Assembly (NCBI GenBank): GCA_963740315.1
Contig: CAVUDP010000004.1
Location: 896,001 to 960,000 of the forward strand
Source of the DNA: an uncultured cyanobacterium
GTDB lineage: Bacteria; Cyanobacteriota; Cyanobacteriia; Cyanobacteriales; Nostocaceae
Length of the DNA: 64,000 nucleotides
Direction: 5' to 3'
Of the stretch, positions 10,012 through 20,486 are shown one piece after another. Both the position numbers and the translations under genes were made by a program. Below the pieces are notes generated by a model. The model saw nothing but the letters and a program-made list of their open reading frames with translations, made no database searches and was not told the origin of the DNA. Each line of letters starts with the position of its first letter. Positions within the stretch are counted from its first letter, which is position 1.

Positions 10012-13000
10012 TTAGATCAAACAATCGCTAAGTTTTTTAGCTAAAAGTTTCGCATTATCCGGTTTTAATAACATAGAGCGATGAGTACCGGGGATTTCAT
10101 GTAGTTCAACTCCATCAGCAGCCCATTCATCCCAACCAAAATTAGCGTCTTCAAGTCCATAAAACTCAAATACCGCAGAGAAAATAGTTATCTTACCCGG
10201 ATAAGATTTTACTTCGTATTCATTCATGAATTTCTCCAGAGTTGGCATCAACGGTTCAAATGATTCGCCAAGTCTGTACTCTATTCGCTCTTTCACAAAG
10301 CTAATTTTATCTTTCCAAGAAAGTCCAAAAATTATTTTTAGCTGTTGATAACGCTTGTACCAGAATATACCGTTATCTGCTTGGTTTTCTATTTCTGGAG
10401 TAGGAGTATCAAGCATTCCTAAAAAAGCGACTTGTTCGTTTTGTCCGTTTAATAGCCTTGCCAATCTGTAAGCAACTAAACCTTCGTAGGAATGACCGAT
10501 TAATTGATAAGGACCTGTTGGTTGAATCTCCTGTATTTGCTGTATGCAGCGCGATGCCATTACAGTAACTTTCTCTAATGGCTCCTGTATGATATACACT
10601 GGCTGCTCTGTATCTAAATGCCCTATCATCTGCTGGTATAAAAAACCATTATTTGCAATGATAAATAAAGGTGGTTTTGTACCGTTAGGATTAATTTTGA
10701 TTACGGTTTCGCAAACAGTTTCTTCGCGATCGATAACAATTGCCATTTCTTCAATTGTTGATGCTTCAAAAAAGATTCCTTGAGAAAGCTTTTTATCAAA
10801 TACTTTCTCGATTTCTGCCAGCATAGAAGTTGCCATCAACGAATTACCACCCAAAGAGAAGAAGTCGTCTTGAATCCCAATTGGTTGAATGCGGAAAGCT
10901 TGTTCCCAAAGTGTAACTAACTTCTGTTCTACATCGTTGCGAGCCGATAAATACTCTGCTTCTAAATTAAGATTTGTTTTGTCAGGTTTGGGAAGGGCGC
11001 GACGGTCTACTTTATCGTTTGGCGTTAAGGGTAGAGCGTCTAAAGTTACAAAGCCCGAAGGAACCATGTATTCGGGTAGCCTGTTTTTAAGAAAGTCTTT
11101 TAATTCTTTGCTTGCGGGTGGTTGAGCATTTTGGGGAACAATATAACCGACTAAACGTTTGTCTCCAGCTTCGTATTCTTGAGGAATAACAATAGCTTCT
11201 TTGACAGTAGAATGTTGGTTGAGAACGGTTTCTATTTCCCCTAACTCAATCCGAAAACCGCGAATCTTTACCTGGCGATCGATGCGACCAAGAAAATCAA
11301 TATTACCGTCGGGAAGGAAACGAGCTAAATCTCCAGATTTATACATCCGCATCCCCGGATTAAATGGATCGGGAATAAACTTTTCTGCGGTTAATTCCGG
11401 TCTGTTGAGATAACCGCGTGCTAAGGATACACCACCTATATGTAATTCTCCGGGAACTCCGATAGGAACTGGATTTAGACAAGAATCTAAAATGTAAATT
11501 TTGACGTTATCAAAAGGTCGCCCAATTGTCATTTCCGTAAGTCCAGTATCGTTTATGGACTCAGATAATTTACATTTGGTAACGACTACAGTTGCTTCGG
11601 TTGGTCCGTAAGTATTAATTAATTCTGGATATTGATTATCCTTAAAAGATGTTTGCCACGTTCTGACTTTTTCCGGAATTACCGCTTCTCCACCGATAAT
11701 TACTAATCTTAATGAGGGAGGTATTTCCCATTCTCCCATTGCTAAATCGGAAGCTAATTGATGCCAGTATGCGGTAGGTAAATCTAATACTGTTAATTCC
11801 CATTCATGACACTTCTGAAGCATCCCGGAACCCGAAGTTAAAAAGTCATCAGTTCGCAGGACTAAAGTAGCACCACAAGTAAGACAGGGAAACATTTCCT
11901 CTACCGCAACATCAAAACTAATTGATGCGAATTGTAGAATCCTATCCTGACTATTAATCGCATATTCCCTAGTAGCTGTCTGAGTAAAATTAACTAGAGA
12001 ATTATGTTCAATCATTACTCCTTTGGATTTACCAGTAGAGCCAGAAGTGTAAATTATATAAGCTAAATTATTAGACTTTACACCACTTAAAGGAGCTTCT
12101 TCACTTTGACGAGCAATTAGATTATCCCAGTCTCTATCCAAACAGATTTGCCGCGCCTTATTTTCTGGCAGTTGAGACAGTAGATTCTCCGTAGTCAATA
12201 AAACCGACACCCCAGAATCATCCAACATATGGGATAAACGCTCTTGAGGATAAGCTGGATCTAAAGGTATGTAAGCACCACCTGCTTTGAGTACCCCTAA
12301 AATTCCTACAACCATTTCTAAACAGCGGTTGATACAAATACCTACCAAGGCATCTGGTTTTACTCCTAAAGTTTGCAGATAATTCGCAAGTTGGTTTGCA
12401 CGATTATTTAACTCTCGGTAAGTAAGCTGTTGCTGTTGAAATATAACCGCTACAGCATCCGGGGTTTTGGCGACTTGTTCTTCAAAAAGTTGATGAATGC
12501 ATTTATCGGGGGGATAATCAAATGCTGTCTGATTCCATTCCACTAAAATTTGATGACGTTCGACTTGGCTTAAAATCGTCAGTTCGTTGATTTTACAACT
12601 AGGATTTTCAACAACAGCTTCAAGTAAATTCTCAAAATGAGCGATCGCCCGCTTTATCGTTTGCGGTTCAAAAAGTTCTTGATTGTATGCTACCGTTCCT
12701 TTTAATCCTTCAGATGATTCAACTACAAAGAAAGATAAATCTAATTGAAATTCATCAACGTCGATCGGCGATACTGTATTTTTGGAATCAGCATCTTGGA
12801 AGCTAAACATTACTTGAAAAATGCCTGCATCATTTTGATTATCTATAGTAGATAATTCTCGTACAAGTTGTTTCCAAGAGAAATCTTGATGCTTCAAGTC
12901 CTCAGTGACTACTCGATCGACCTGTTTTAATAATTCAGTAAATGAGGTATTAGCAGATATACAACTTCTGAAAGCTAATGTATTAAAATCGGAATTATTA

Positions 13001-13275
13001 GATTGGGGAATGTAGGAACCAACAATTATATCTTCTTGATGGGTATATCTATAAAGCAGACATTTGAAAGCCGTTAATAAAGTTGAAAATAACTTATTTT
13101 CAGAATTTTGATCGATGGCTCTTAACGATTTACAGAGGTTTTGAGGAAAAGCAAAAATTTCTATCCCAACATTATAATCTCGATCGGCCGTTCTTACCTT
13201 GTCTGTAGTTAGCTCTAAGACTGGTAGTCTATTGCTAAGTTTCTTTTGCCAGTATTCTAAATTTTTATTAAACAT
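10012..13275 (-). CDS. NRPS-like half-C/A/T/TE protein (copy 1, intact)
   Basis: Truncated C domain, A-domain core motifs (YTSGSTG.SKG, FDVA, YGPTE, SGDL), carrier LGGNSL, TE GHSYEG and PGTH. Confidence 0.92.
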   Translation of the reverse strand: MFNKNLEYWQKKLSNRLPVLELTTDKVRTADRDYNVGIEIFAFPQNLCKSLRAIDQNSENKLFSTLLTAFKCLLYRYTHQEDIIVGSYIPQSNNSDFNTLAFRSCISANTSFTELLKQVDRVVTEDLKHQDFSWKQLVRELSTIDNQNDAGIFQVMFSFQDADSKNTVSPIDVDEFQLDLSFFVVESSEGLKGTVAYNQELFEPQTIKRAIAHFENLLEAVVENPSCKINELTILSQVERHQILVEWNQTAFDYPPDKCIHQLFEEQVAKTPDAVAVIFQQQQLTYRELNNRANQLANYLQTLGVKPDALVGICINRCLEMVVGILGVLKAGGAYIPLDPAYPQERLSHMLDDSGVSVLLTTENLLSQLPENKARQICLDRDWDNLIARQSEEAPLSGVKSNNLAYIIYTSGSTGKSKGVMIEHNSLVNFTQTATREYAINSQDRILQFASISFDVAVEEMFPCLTCGATLVLRTDDFLTSGSGMLQKCHEWELTVLDLPTAYWHQLASDLAMGEWEIPPSLRLVIIGGEAVIPEKVRTWQTSFKDNQYPELINTYGPTEATVVVTKCKLSESINDTGLTEMTIGRPFDNVKIYILDSCLNPVPIGVPGELHIGGVSLARGYLNRPELTAEKFIPDPFNPGMRMYKSGDLARFLPDGNIDFLGRIDRQVKIRGFRIELGEIETVLNQHSTVKEAIVIPQEYEAGDKRLVGYIVPQNAQPPASKELKDFLKNRLPEYMVPSGFVTLDALPLTPNDKVDRRALPKPDKTNLNLEAEYLSARNDVEQKLVTLWEQAFRIQPIGIQDDFFSLGGNSLMATSMLAEIEKVFDKKLSQGIFFEASTIEEMAIVIDREETVCETVIKINPNGTKPPLFIIANNGFLYQQMIGHLDTEQPVYIIQEPLEKVTVMASRCIQQIQEIQPTGPYQLIGHSYEGLVAYRLARLLNGQNEQVAFLGMLDTPTPEIENQADNGIFWYKRYQQLKIIFGLSWKDKISFVKERIEYRLGESFEPLMPTLEKFMNEYEVKSYPGKITIFSAVFEFYGLEDANFGWDEWAADGVELHEIPGTHRSMLLKPDNAKLLAKKLSDCLI

Positions 13276-13391
13276 AATATATGGAAGATGCGCTTGTTAT
13301 CTGTATATATCTTTTTTAACAGAATTATTATTATATCTCTTTAGGGAATATACTTACTTTAGTAATTAATAAAAAACCTAAAAAGTATTTT

Positions 13392-14678
13392 TCAATAATA
13401 ACTGTTTGAAATCGTATTCCATTCATTTATATATTTTGGCTTGTGATTTTCTGGTGACATTTGTACAGAAAAAGCAATTGCAACATAAAGAACCCAAAAG
13501 AGATCGTTTTGGATCATCAATGTACTTTCACCGATATTTGCAAGTAACATATAAGTCATATATGTAAGGGGCCAAAATCCTTCAGACGTTTTAGTTGCTC
13601 GCAACCAGTAAAGTGCTTTTGGTAAAGTTACAGCTAAAAAGCCAAAGATATATATTAATAACCCGACTAATCCTATTTGCAACCACACGTCTAAAAAGCC
13701 ATTATGAGAATTAGGAGGAGTCCAACCAGTTGCTTGCCAAATGTAGAATGAAGGAGTATCTGGTCCATACCAAAAAGCACCATATCCATAGCCTAAGATA
13801 GGATGTTGCCCAATCATTTCAAAGATATAGGGCCACATATCTCCACGCCCAGTAAGAGTAGTATCTTTACCGAGTGCAGTCAGGATAGCTTCTGTTGTTA
13901 CAGACACAACTACGTAAAAAATTGTACCGAAACTTGCGAGCGCGATCGTGCTAGGCACCATGAAATTATCTCGCCATCGAAAAACTCGAAAAGAAATAGA
14001 TGCGGCAATTACACATATCCCATTAAGTAACGAACTTGTTGAACTAGAACGTAGTAAAAGGATAAAAGCTAAACTAAAAGCCATCCAGAACAGCCAACTA
14101 TATTTTTTAGAATTAAAAGCCAGTAGTAAAAAGACAGCAATACCTGGAACAATAACTTTACCAAGCGTATTTTTATGGTTATAAATGCCTCGCCATGTTC
14201 CTTCATGAACTCCACCCATGATTCCATATTGCGGTAATGCGCCAATAAATACAAAACTAAGTACTACGGCAATTCCATACATCCAACCTAAAAGTTGTAA
14301 CTGTTGTTTGATGCTGTAGCGTGAAGCTAAATATAGTCCAAATAAACTAGTTCCAACTATGGCAATACCCCGAGTTAAAGTCTTTTTAGCATCGTAAGAC
14401 CAAACAAAAGAAAAGACGGCAATTCCTACCAATAGTAAAATAATTTTTTCTTTCTTCATTACCTGGATCACCTTTTTCCATCGAAGAACAAGTAGAAAAA
14501 AAGTCATCAAATAATTGAAGAAGAATAGTACTAAAATTAAAGAAGTATTTGTTTCTCCAGAATCATCACCTTCACTTGCTCCACCTGACAAAATTACAGT
14601 TAACGGACCTCCCGAATAAAGCAGTAAAGATAAAACTGCAAATGCTTCTTCGGTAAATAATAAAAGTTTTTTTATCAT
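13392..14678 (-). CDS. Wzy-like polymerase / O-antigen ligase family protein
   Basis: Polytopic; WRGIYNHKNTLG, TLTGR..MW, GYGYGAFW, SHNGFL. Confidence 0.88.
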   Translation of the reverse strand: MIKKLLLFTEEAFAVLSLLLYSGGPLTVILSGGASEGDDSGETNTSLILVLFFFNYLMTFFLLVLRWKKVIQVMKKEKIILLLVGIAVFSFVWSYDAKKTLTRGIAIVGTSLFGLYLASRYSIKQQLQLLGWMYGIAVVLSFVFIGALPQYGIMGGVHEGTWRGIYNHKNTLGKVIVPGIAVFLLLAFNSKKYSWLFWMAFSLAFILLLRSSSTSSLLNGICVIAASISFRVFRWRDNFMVPSTIALASFGTIFYVVVSVTTEAILTALGKDTTLTGRGDMWPYIFEMIGQHPILGYGYGAFWYGPDTPSFYIWQATGWTPPNSHNGFLDVWLQIGLVGLLIYIFGFLAVTLPKALYWLRATKTSEGFWPLTYMTYMLLANIGESTLMIQNDLFWVLYVAIAFSVQMSPENHKPKYINEWNTISNSYY

Positions 14679-15784
14679 TTTAGCTGATAAGGACTTTTGA
14701 GATAAATTGCTTTACGATAAATTTCAATTGTTTGAGCGGCAATATTTGACCAATTCAAATCATCTTCACAGCGATATAATGCCGCGCTTTGGATCTGATT
14801 TTGTAATTGACTATCGCTTAATAAACGAACGATCGCATCGGCTAAAGCGTCAACATCTTGAGGGGGAACTAATAGCCCATCAACTTCGGAATTAATCATT
14901 TCAGCTAAACCACCGATTTCAGAAGCAATAACTGGCGTACCCATTGCATAAGCTAAAGATGCAACACCGCTCTGAGATGCTTCTATGTAAGGTAAAATTA
15001 CTGCCGTACTGCGTTGAAAAAGACTTGCAACATCTTCTGATGGAATATAACGATTAATAATTTCATAATGCTTTTCATCGCAGCCATTAGGAAAATATTG
15101 TTGTAAATTGTCTCCCTTGCCAGCAATAATCAATTTAACTTCAGGAAAACGTTCGACGATCGATGGCATCGCGGATAGCAGGTAATTCAAACCTTTGTAA
15201 GCCCAAATACGTCCGTAAAACAGCAAAGTAAATGGCTCTCTGACTGTATTATTGTCCTTAGCCAACCGCTGATATAAACTACCTAGTTCTCCATGAGGAA
15301 GAACGCATACCCGTTGTTTGGGAACGCGGAAGTGTTCAACCAAAGCATCTTTGAGCAAGTTGGCGTGAACGATTAGCTGTTGCGATCGCCAGAATGCAAT
15401 CCGCCGAGTATACTCGGAACCGATGACGTTATCTTTGTCTCCAGGATGACGAAATACATCATGAATAGTTGTTACTAAAGGAGGCATTTTGTTGAGCAAC
15501 AATGTTAGATCGTACCAAGGATCGTTGGTTTCTTGGACGTGCAATACATCAGGCTCTATTTGACGAATCAGATTCATGAGTTCGCCCATTGCAGAGAAAT
15601 TACGCGGATCGCGAATGCGGTATTTATTAAATGTAATTACTTTAATCCGGGCATCGAGTAAACCTTGAGTTTGTGCGGTTAATTCTTGGGGATGAATTAA
15701 AGTTAAATCAACATATTCAGCTAAAGCGTTAGCTAATTGAACGGTGTATTCGTAAAAGCAAAAATGTAATAATGCGACTTTCAT
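14675..15784 (-). CDS. Glycosyltransferase family 4
   Basis: GRIWAYKG, LPYIEASQSGV, GTPVIAS.IGGLAE. Confidence 0.92.
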   Translation of the reverse strand: MKVALLHFCFYEYTVQLANALAEYVDLTLIHPQELTAQTQGLLDARIKVITFNKYRIRDPRNFSAMGELMNLIRQIEPDVLHVQETNDPWYDLTLLLNKMPPLVTTIHDVFRHPGDKDNVIGSEYTRRIAFWRSQQLIVHANLLKDALVEHFRVPKQRVCVLPHGELGSLYQRLAKDNNTVREPFTLLFYGRIWAYKGLNYLLSAMPSIVERFPEVKLIIAGKGDNLQQYFPNGCDEKHYEIINRYIPSEDVASLFQRSTAVILPYIEASQSGVASLAYAMGTPVIASEIGGLAEMINSEVDGLLVPPQDVDALADAIVRLLSDSQLQNQIQSAALYRCEDDLNWSNIAAQTIEIYRKAIYLKSPYQLK

Positions 15785-15809
15785 TTTTTTTATTCCCTGA
15801 TGTAAAGTG

Positions 15810-16787
15810 CTATTTAGAGTCGGTTACAGATATTTGATTTAAATATAGAAATAATCGACGGCGGATGATTCTTGGTAGTTGTGTAGATAAATGATAAAAG
15901 AAATAGGGATTCTTTCTCATTTTGTTTAAAGCGCTTAAATAATCGGCTTGTTTAAGAGAATCTACAACTTGAAAATATGGTTTAGTTTTGTCAATCAAAA
16001 CTAGACGTTTCTGTAAAGCGGTTAGTAATTTTTGATTATGCTTAATGTAATCTTGCTGTAAATAAAATTTTGTTGCTTCGCAATATGCTTCAAGTCGTTT
16101 AACTTTACTAAGAGTAACTAACGAACCATGACGAGAACGATAAAAATAATAAGGTTTTGGTACTAATAAAAAGTTTGCTCCACGTGCCAAACAAGTTAAA
16201 TATAACCAAAAGTCTCCACCAATCAAAATATTTTCTTGGTTTTGAATATTATGCTTAACTATAAAATCTCTTTTAATTAATGGTTTAGTTAAACCTAAAG
16301 GTAAACCCCAGGTTCCGGGTACATCTTTTTCAACAAAAGATATTGGAGAAACTCTGATATTGTCTTTGATTTTGAATTTACTTTGAATTAATAATGTACT
16401 CCAGGGAACAGATTTTCCATCTTGAATAAAATATATATCATCAGCAATCATCTCTATATTTTCCAAATAGGCAATATTTAATAGTTTCTCTAACCGATCG
16501 AGTGCATACCAGTCATCTGCATCAAGTCGAGTTATCCAATTTCCTCGAGCTGACTTTATTGCTAAATTAGTACAAAAATTTTGCCCGCAATTTTTTTTAT
16601 TAACTAATACTTTAACGCGCTTGTCATCAAAGCTTTTGATAATTTCTAAGGTTTTATCCGTAGAACCATCATCTACTACAATAACTTCAATATTTTTTTG
16701 AGTTTGTTTTAATGCAGAATCTATTGCCTGTGCAACATATTCTTCAACATTGTAAGCAAGAACGATTACAGATACTTCTGGATTCAT
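15810..16787 (-). CDS. Glycosyltransferase family 2
   Basis: VSVIVLAYN, VVDDGSTD, LDADD. Confidence 0.93.
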   Translation of the reverse strand: MNPEVSVIVLAYNVEEYVAQAIDSALKQTQKNIEVIVVDDGSTDKTLEIIKSFDDKRVKVLVNKKNCGQNFCTNLAIKSARGNWITRLDADDWYALDRLEKLLNIAYLENIEMIADDIYFIQDGKSVPWSTLLIQSKFKIKDNIRVSPISFVEKDVPGTWGLPLGLTKPLIKRDFIVKHNIQNQENILIGGDFWLYLTCLARGANFLLVPKPYYFYRSRHGSLVTLSKVKRLEAYCEATKFYLQQDYIKHNQKLLTALQKRLVLIDKTKPYFQVVDSLKQADYLSALNKMRKNPYFFYHLSTQLPRIIRRRLFLYLNQISVTDSK

Positions 16788-16829
16788 AATATTACCTTTT
16801 TTGTGGAATCCAAAACTTGAACGTTCATA

Positions 16830-18269
16830 TTATTTTCGTTTTAATAATAATTTTGCCCATTCATCATTGGAATTGTAAACTGTATAAATCCCTAAGCTAC
16901 CAACAAACAAGAAGTAGCTCAGAGTAGAAATCAGTAAAACCCAAATAATATTGAGATTAAAATTTTGTAATACTATAAAAACAGGTATCATTAACACACT
17001 TATTAAAAGCGGTCGGGAAATAGTAGACCATAATTTTAATGTAAATAATCGTTTGTAAACCGCATAAGCATAAATAAATAAAGCTACATAGTCGGTAAAA
17101 ATGACTGTAATTGCTGCACCATTTAACTGATAACGAGAAACAAGTACTATACTTATTAACACATCTAAAATAGTCGTAATAAAAACTTGCCAAAGATTAA
17201 CTTTTTCAAATCCGTTTGCTACTAATAGATAACTTAAAGGTCTAACAAATGATGAAGCAATCAAGCCAAGAGCAAATACATTAAGGGCAAACTCTGCTTG
17301 AGCAAAGCTTTGTTCGTGATAGAGTAAAATAAGTAAATCTTTACCAAAAAATGCAAGTCCGAGAATCAAAGGTAAAGCTACAATTAATAATATTTCTATA
17401 GTGATTTGCGTAATTTGACGCTGACTTTCTTTTCCCGATTCAATGGCTTTAGACATTTTAGGAAAGACAGCTAAAACAAGGCTATGAGAAATAATTTGAA
17501 AAGGCTGCATTAATTGTGTAACCGCACCATATAATCCGACAACTAATTCGCCACCTAATAAAGAGAGAATAAAAACCTGAAGTCTGTAACCTAAAACAGA
17601 TATACCTTCAATAACGATAAATGAGCCAGAAGCTTTAGTCGTATCCCACATAAACTTCCAGTCTAATTGCCATTGATATTTGATAAACTGCGCGATTAAA
17701 CACCATTCAATCAAAAAAATTAAGCTTTCCGAAGCTACCATAACTGCTGAAACAATACTGATGTCATGTTTCAGATTCATCACCCAAATCATTACTAATA
17801 CGCGCACAATATAAACTGGTACCGTACTAATCGCAATTAAGTGCATTTTCTCTTGTGCTTGAAAGATAGCTTCAGTCACGTTAGATAGAGAAAACGGGAT
17901 AATAGCTAAACCGATTACGTAACAAACTATTGAAGTATCTTGACTGTAGGGAAGAAGATATACGACAAGCGCCAGCACGGCATAAGCAATGATGCTAAAT
18001 AACAACTGTAAAAAAGTACCGCTAATTAAATAAGCTGGTGTTTCTATAGGGTTGCGTGCTAGTTCTCGTGTAAACAGCGTTTTGAATCCTTGGGAAGCTA
18101 AAGTCATAAAGACATAATAGTAACTGAAGGCGAGCATATATTGCCCCAGTTCATAAGCTCCAAGAATTCGAGCTATTGATGCAACTAAGATGAAAGTTGT
18201 AATACTCTGAGTTAAGCGATTTAATAGTAAAGAAAAAGAATTCCCTAAAAGCTTGCGTAAACCTTCCAT
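16830..18269 (-). CDS. wzx: Wzx-type flippase
   Basis: Many hydrophobic segments; ARILGA..LG.Y, VGLYGA, VFPKMS; EPS context. Confidence 0.88.
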   Translation of the reverse strand: MEGLRKLLGNSFSLLLNRLTQSITTFILVASIARILGAYELGQYMLAFSYYYVFMTLASQGFKTLFTRELARNPIETPAYLISGTFLQLLFSIIAYAVLALVVYLLPYSQDTSIVCYVIGLAIIPFSLSNVTEAIFQAQEKMHLIAISTVPVYIVRVLVMIWVMNLKHDISIVSAVMVASESLIFLIEWCLIAQFIKYQWQLDWKFMWDTTKASGSFIVIEGISVLGYRLQVFILSLLGGELVVGLYGAVTQLMQPFQIISHSLVLAVFPKMSKAIESGKESQRQITQITIEILLIVALPLILGLAFFGKDLLILLYHEQSFAQAEFALNVFALGLIASSFVRPLSYLLVANGFEKVNLWQVFITTILDVLISIVLVSRYQLNGAAITVIFTDYVALFIYAYAVYKRLFTLKLWSTISRPLLISVLMIPVFIVLQNFNLNIIWVLLISTLSYFLFVGSLGIYTVYNSNDEWAKLLLKRK

Positions 18270-18302
18270 TGATAAATTGCACCCTTAAAAAAATGTTTAA
18301 AA

Positions 18303-20486
18303 TTACTTTGAATTGATAACTTCTTGATGCGAATTATTTTTATTCGAGTAATCTTTCACGTAATTGAAATAGCTTTCGGATTCATTGTCTGGAATTACGC
18401 CATTGACTACCATACCTAGTACATTTTGCCCGGAACGTTCTAAAGCCTCTTTAGCCGTGCTAGCATCACCATTCGTAAGTATTCCCGGACGTGCTACCAG
18501 CAAAACACCATCTGCCATTTTGCCTAAAGCTAGAGCATCCGCTCTCATTACTAAAGATGGTGCATCAATAATTACAAAGTCATAAGTATTTTTAAAATCT
18601 ACAATCAAATTTTCCATTTTTCTAGAATCGAGCAGGAATAGAGGATTGGGAGTTATTGCTCCTGCACTCAAGATATCTAAACTAAGCATTCCTGCACTTA
18701 CAACTGTTTCAAATTCAACTTGCCCAACAATGATATCGCTCAATCCTGTACGGTTATTTACACCCCATAAATGGTGCTGCAAAGGATTTTGCATATCTGC
18801 ATCTACAAGCAATACTCTCTGTCCCAACTGTGCGATCGCAGCGGCTAAATTAGCTGAAACGGTTGATTTACCCTCTTTTGGAACAGAACTTGTAACTACA
18901 ATTACTCTGTGTGGTTTATCCGAACTAATAAACTTCAAGTTAGCTTGAAGCATTCGATATGCATCTGCAATTGGTAAATCGGGATTATCTCTTACAGGTA
19001 TCTCTGGTATCCCCATATCTGTCTCTTTAAGATTCAGATAAGATTTCTTTTTCAAAGAAGGTATGGTGCTAAGTAAGGTATATCCAAGTAGTTTTCTGAT
19101 TTCTTTGAGGGTTTTAACGGATCTATCTTTTAATTCAAGTAAAACAACCATTGCTGTTGCAACTAAAGTTCCTAAAGCACCTCCTAAAATCAAAAGCATG
19201 ATTTTAGTTGATTGCATGGACTTTTTAGTTACAAAAGCAGGCTCGATTATCCGAGCATTACCAATATTCTGATTTTCTGTAACTCTTACTTCTTGTAGCT
19301 TTTTTAAAAGATTTTCATTAGTTGTGCGAGCTGTTTCTAGTTGTCGCTCGTATTTTTTCTCTTCTTGCTCTAACTTAGGTAAAATGTTAATTCTTTTTTG
19401 ATGAATTTCTAATGCTTTTAATAAAGAACTTAAGCGATTTTTTAAAGTCACAGCTTCTACTTCGGATCTTACCAATTCCTCTGTGAGCTTTTGCGTTACT
19501 TCACCTATTTGTAAATTTCCAACTGTTAAATTTAGATTATTCTTAGTTAATTTGGCAACTCTGTTGTTTAATAAGCTTTGGAGAGCGTCTCTTTGAGAGA
19601 TTAAATCTTGTACTGTTGGATGTGTATTAAAAAAACGAGTTTGAGCTAATGCTAAATCTGCTTCTACTTTTTGCAAATTATCTAAAACCTGCTGCACTCC
19701 AGTAGAACTTTTTAAAGAATCAGTATCGATCGCATCTTCAAAATTCATTCCGACTTTTTCCTGAAGGCTTTGAGCGCGAGCTGTTACTTCCGCCAAGGCT
19801 ATTTTTGTTTCAGTTATTTTAGTCTCTAAATCTTTCTGAATTACTACAGCGTTTCTAGATTCTTCTTCTAAGGAAATCACGCTATTTTGCTGTTGAAAGC
19901 GACGTAAAGTTTCTTCTACTTTACGAACGTGAGCTTCCGTTTCAGGTAACTGCTTGGCAATAAAATCACCAGCGGCAACTGCTGCGGCTCTATTCGTTTG
20001 TATATTATTTTCGATATACAGGTTCATTAACTTATTAACAACTGTACCTGCTACTTGAGGATTCTTACTTGTATAGGAAACCTGTAAAACATCGGTTGCA
20101 GGAATTGCTCTCAGCTGAATAAGTTTTGCTAGATCCTTTGGCGAGAGCGGTACACCATCATCATCTTTGAGATTTAATTCCTTAATTGTTTTAATTAATA
20201 TAGGTTTGGAACTAATTACTTCTATCTCAGTATTTATAGGGCTACTTTTTAAATCTAAGCCTTCTAATTGTCCAATTTCTCCTCCTAATCCAGTTATCGC
20301 AGAAGTTTGGTTTATTTTTTTGATCAAAAGCTTACCTTCAGCTTCAAAAACTGGTTTTTTAAAAGAGCCTAGTACTGCTGCGGCTCCAACTGAAATGGTA
20401 AATATTAATGTAGCGGGTAGCCAACGCCGCTTGATTATGTACCAAAACTTTTGTAAATCTAAATCGACAGATTCTCTAGATTCCAT
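18303..20486 (-). CDS. wzc: Wzc/GumC polysaccharide co-polymerase tyrosine kinase
   Basis: Two TM segments around a coiled coil; SSVPKEGKS Walker A, LLVDAD, C-terminal tyrosines. Confidence 0.93.
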   Translation of the reverse strand: MESRESVDLDLQKFWYIIKRRWLPATLIFTISVGAAAVLGSFKKPVFEAEGKLLIKKINQTSAITGLGGEIGQLEGLDLKSSPINTEIEVISSKPILIKTIKELNLKDDDGVPLSPKDLAKLIQLRAIPATDVLQVSYTSKNPQVAGTVVNKLMNLYIENNIQTNRAAAVAAGDFIAKQLPETEAHVRKVEETLRRFQQQNSVISLEEESRNAVVIQKDLETKITETKIALAEVTARAQSLQEKVGMNFEDAIDTDSLKSSTGVQQVLDNLQKVEADLALAQTRFFNTHPTVQDLISQRDALQSLLNNRVAKLTKNNLNLTVGNLQIGEVTQKLTEELVRSEVEAVTLKNRLSSLLKALEIHQKRINILPKLEQEEKKYERQLETARTTNENLLKKLQEVRVTENQNIGNARIIEPAFVTKKSMQSTKIMLLILGGALGTLVATAMVVLLELKDRSVKTLKEIRKLLGYTLLSTIPSLKKKSYLNLKETDMGIPEIPVRDNPDLPIADAYRMLQANLKFISSDKPHRVIVVTSSVPKEGKSTVSANLAAAIAQLGQRVLLVDADMQNPLQHHLWGVNNRTGLSDIIVGQVEFETVVSAGMLSLDILSAGAITPNPLFLLDSRKMENLIVDFKNTYDFVIIDAPSLVMRADALALGKMADGVLLVARPGILTNGDASTAKEALERSGQNVLGMVVNGVIPDNESESYFNYVKDYSNKNNSHQEVINSK

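Noticed and set aside
6567..13275. NRPS pair as a conventional dipeptide assembly line or a mycosporine cluster
   Set aside because: Neither gene has a catalytic C domain, each ends in its own TE, and no mysA-C genes are present; a small-molecule product is not fully excluded
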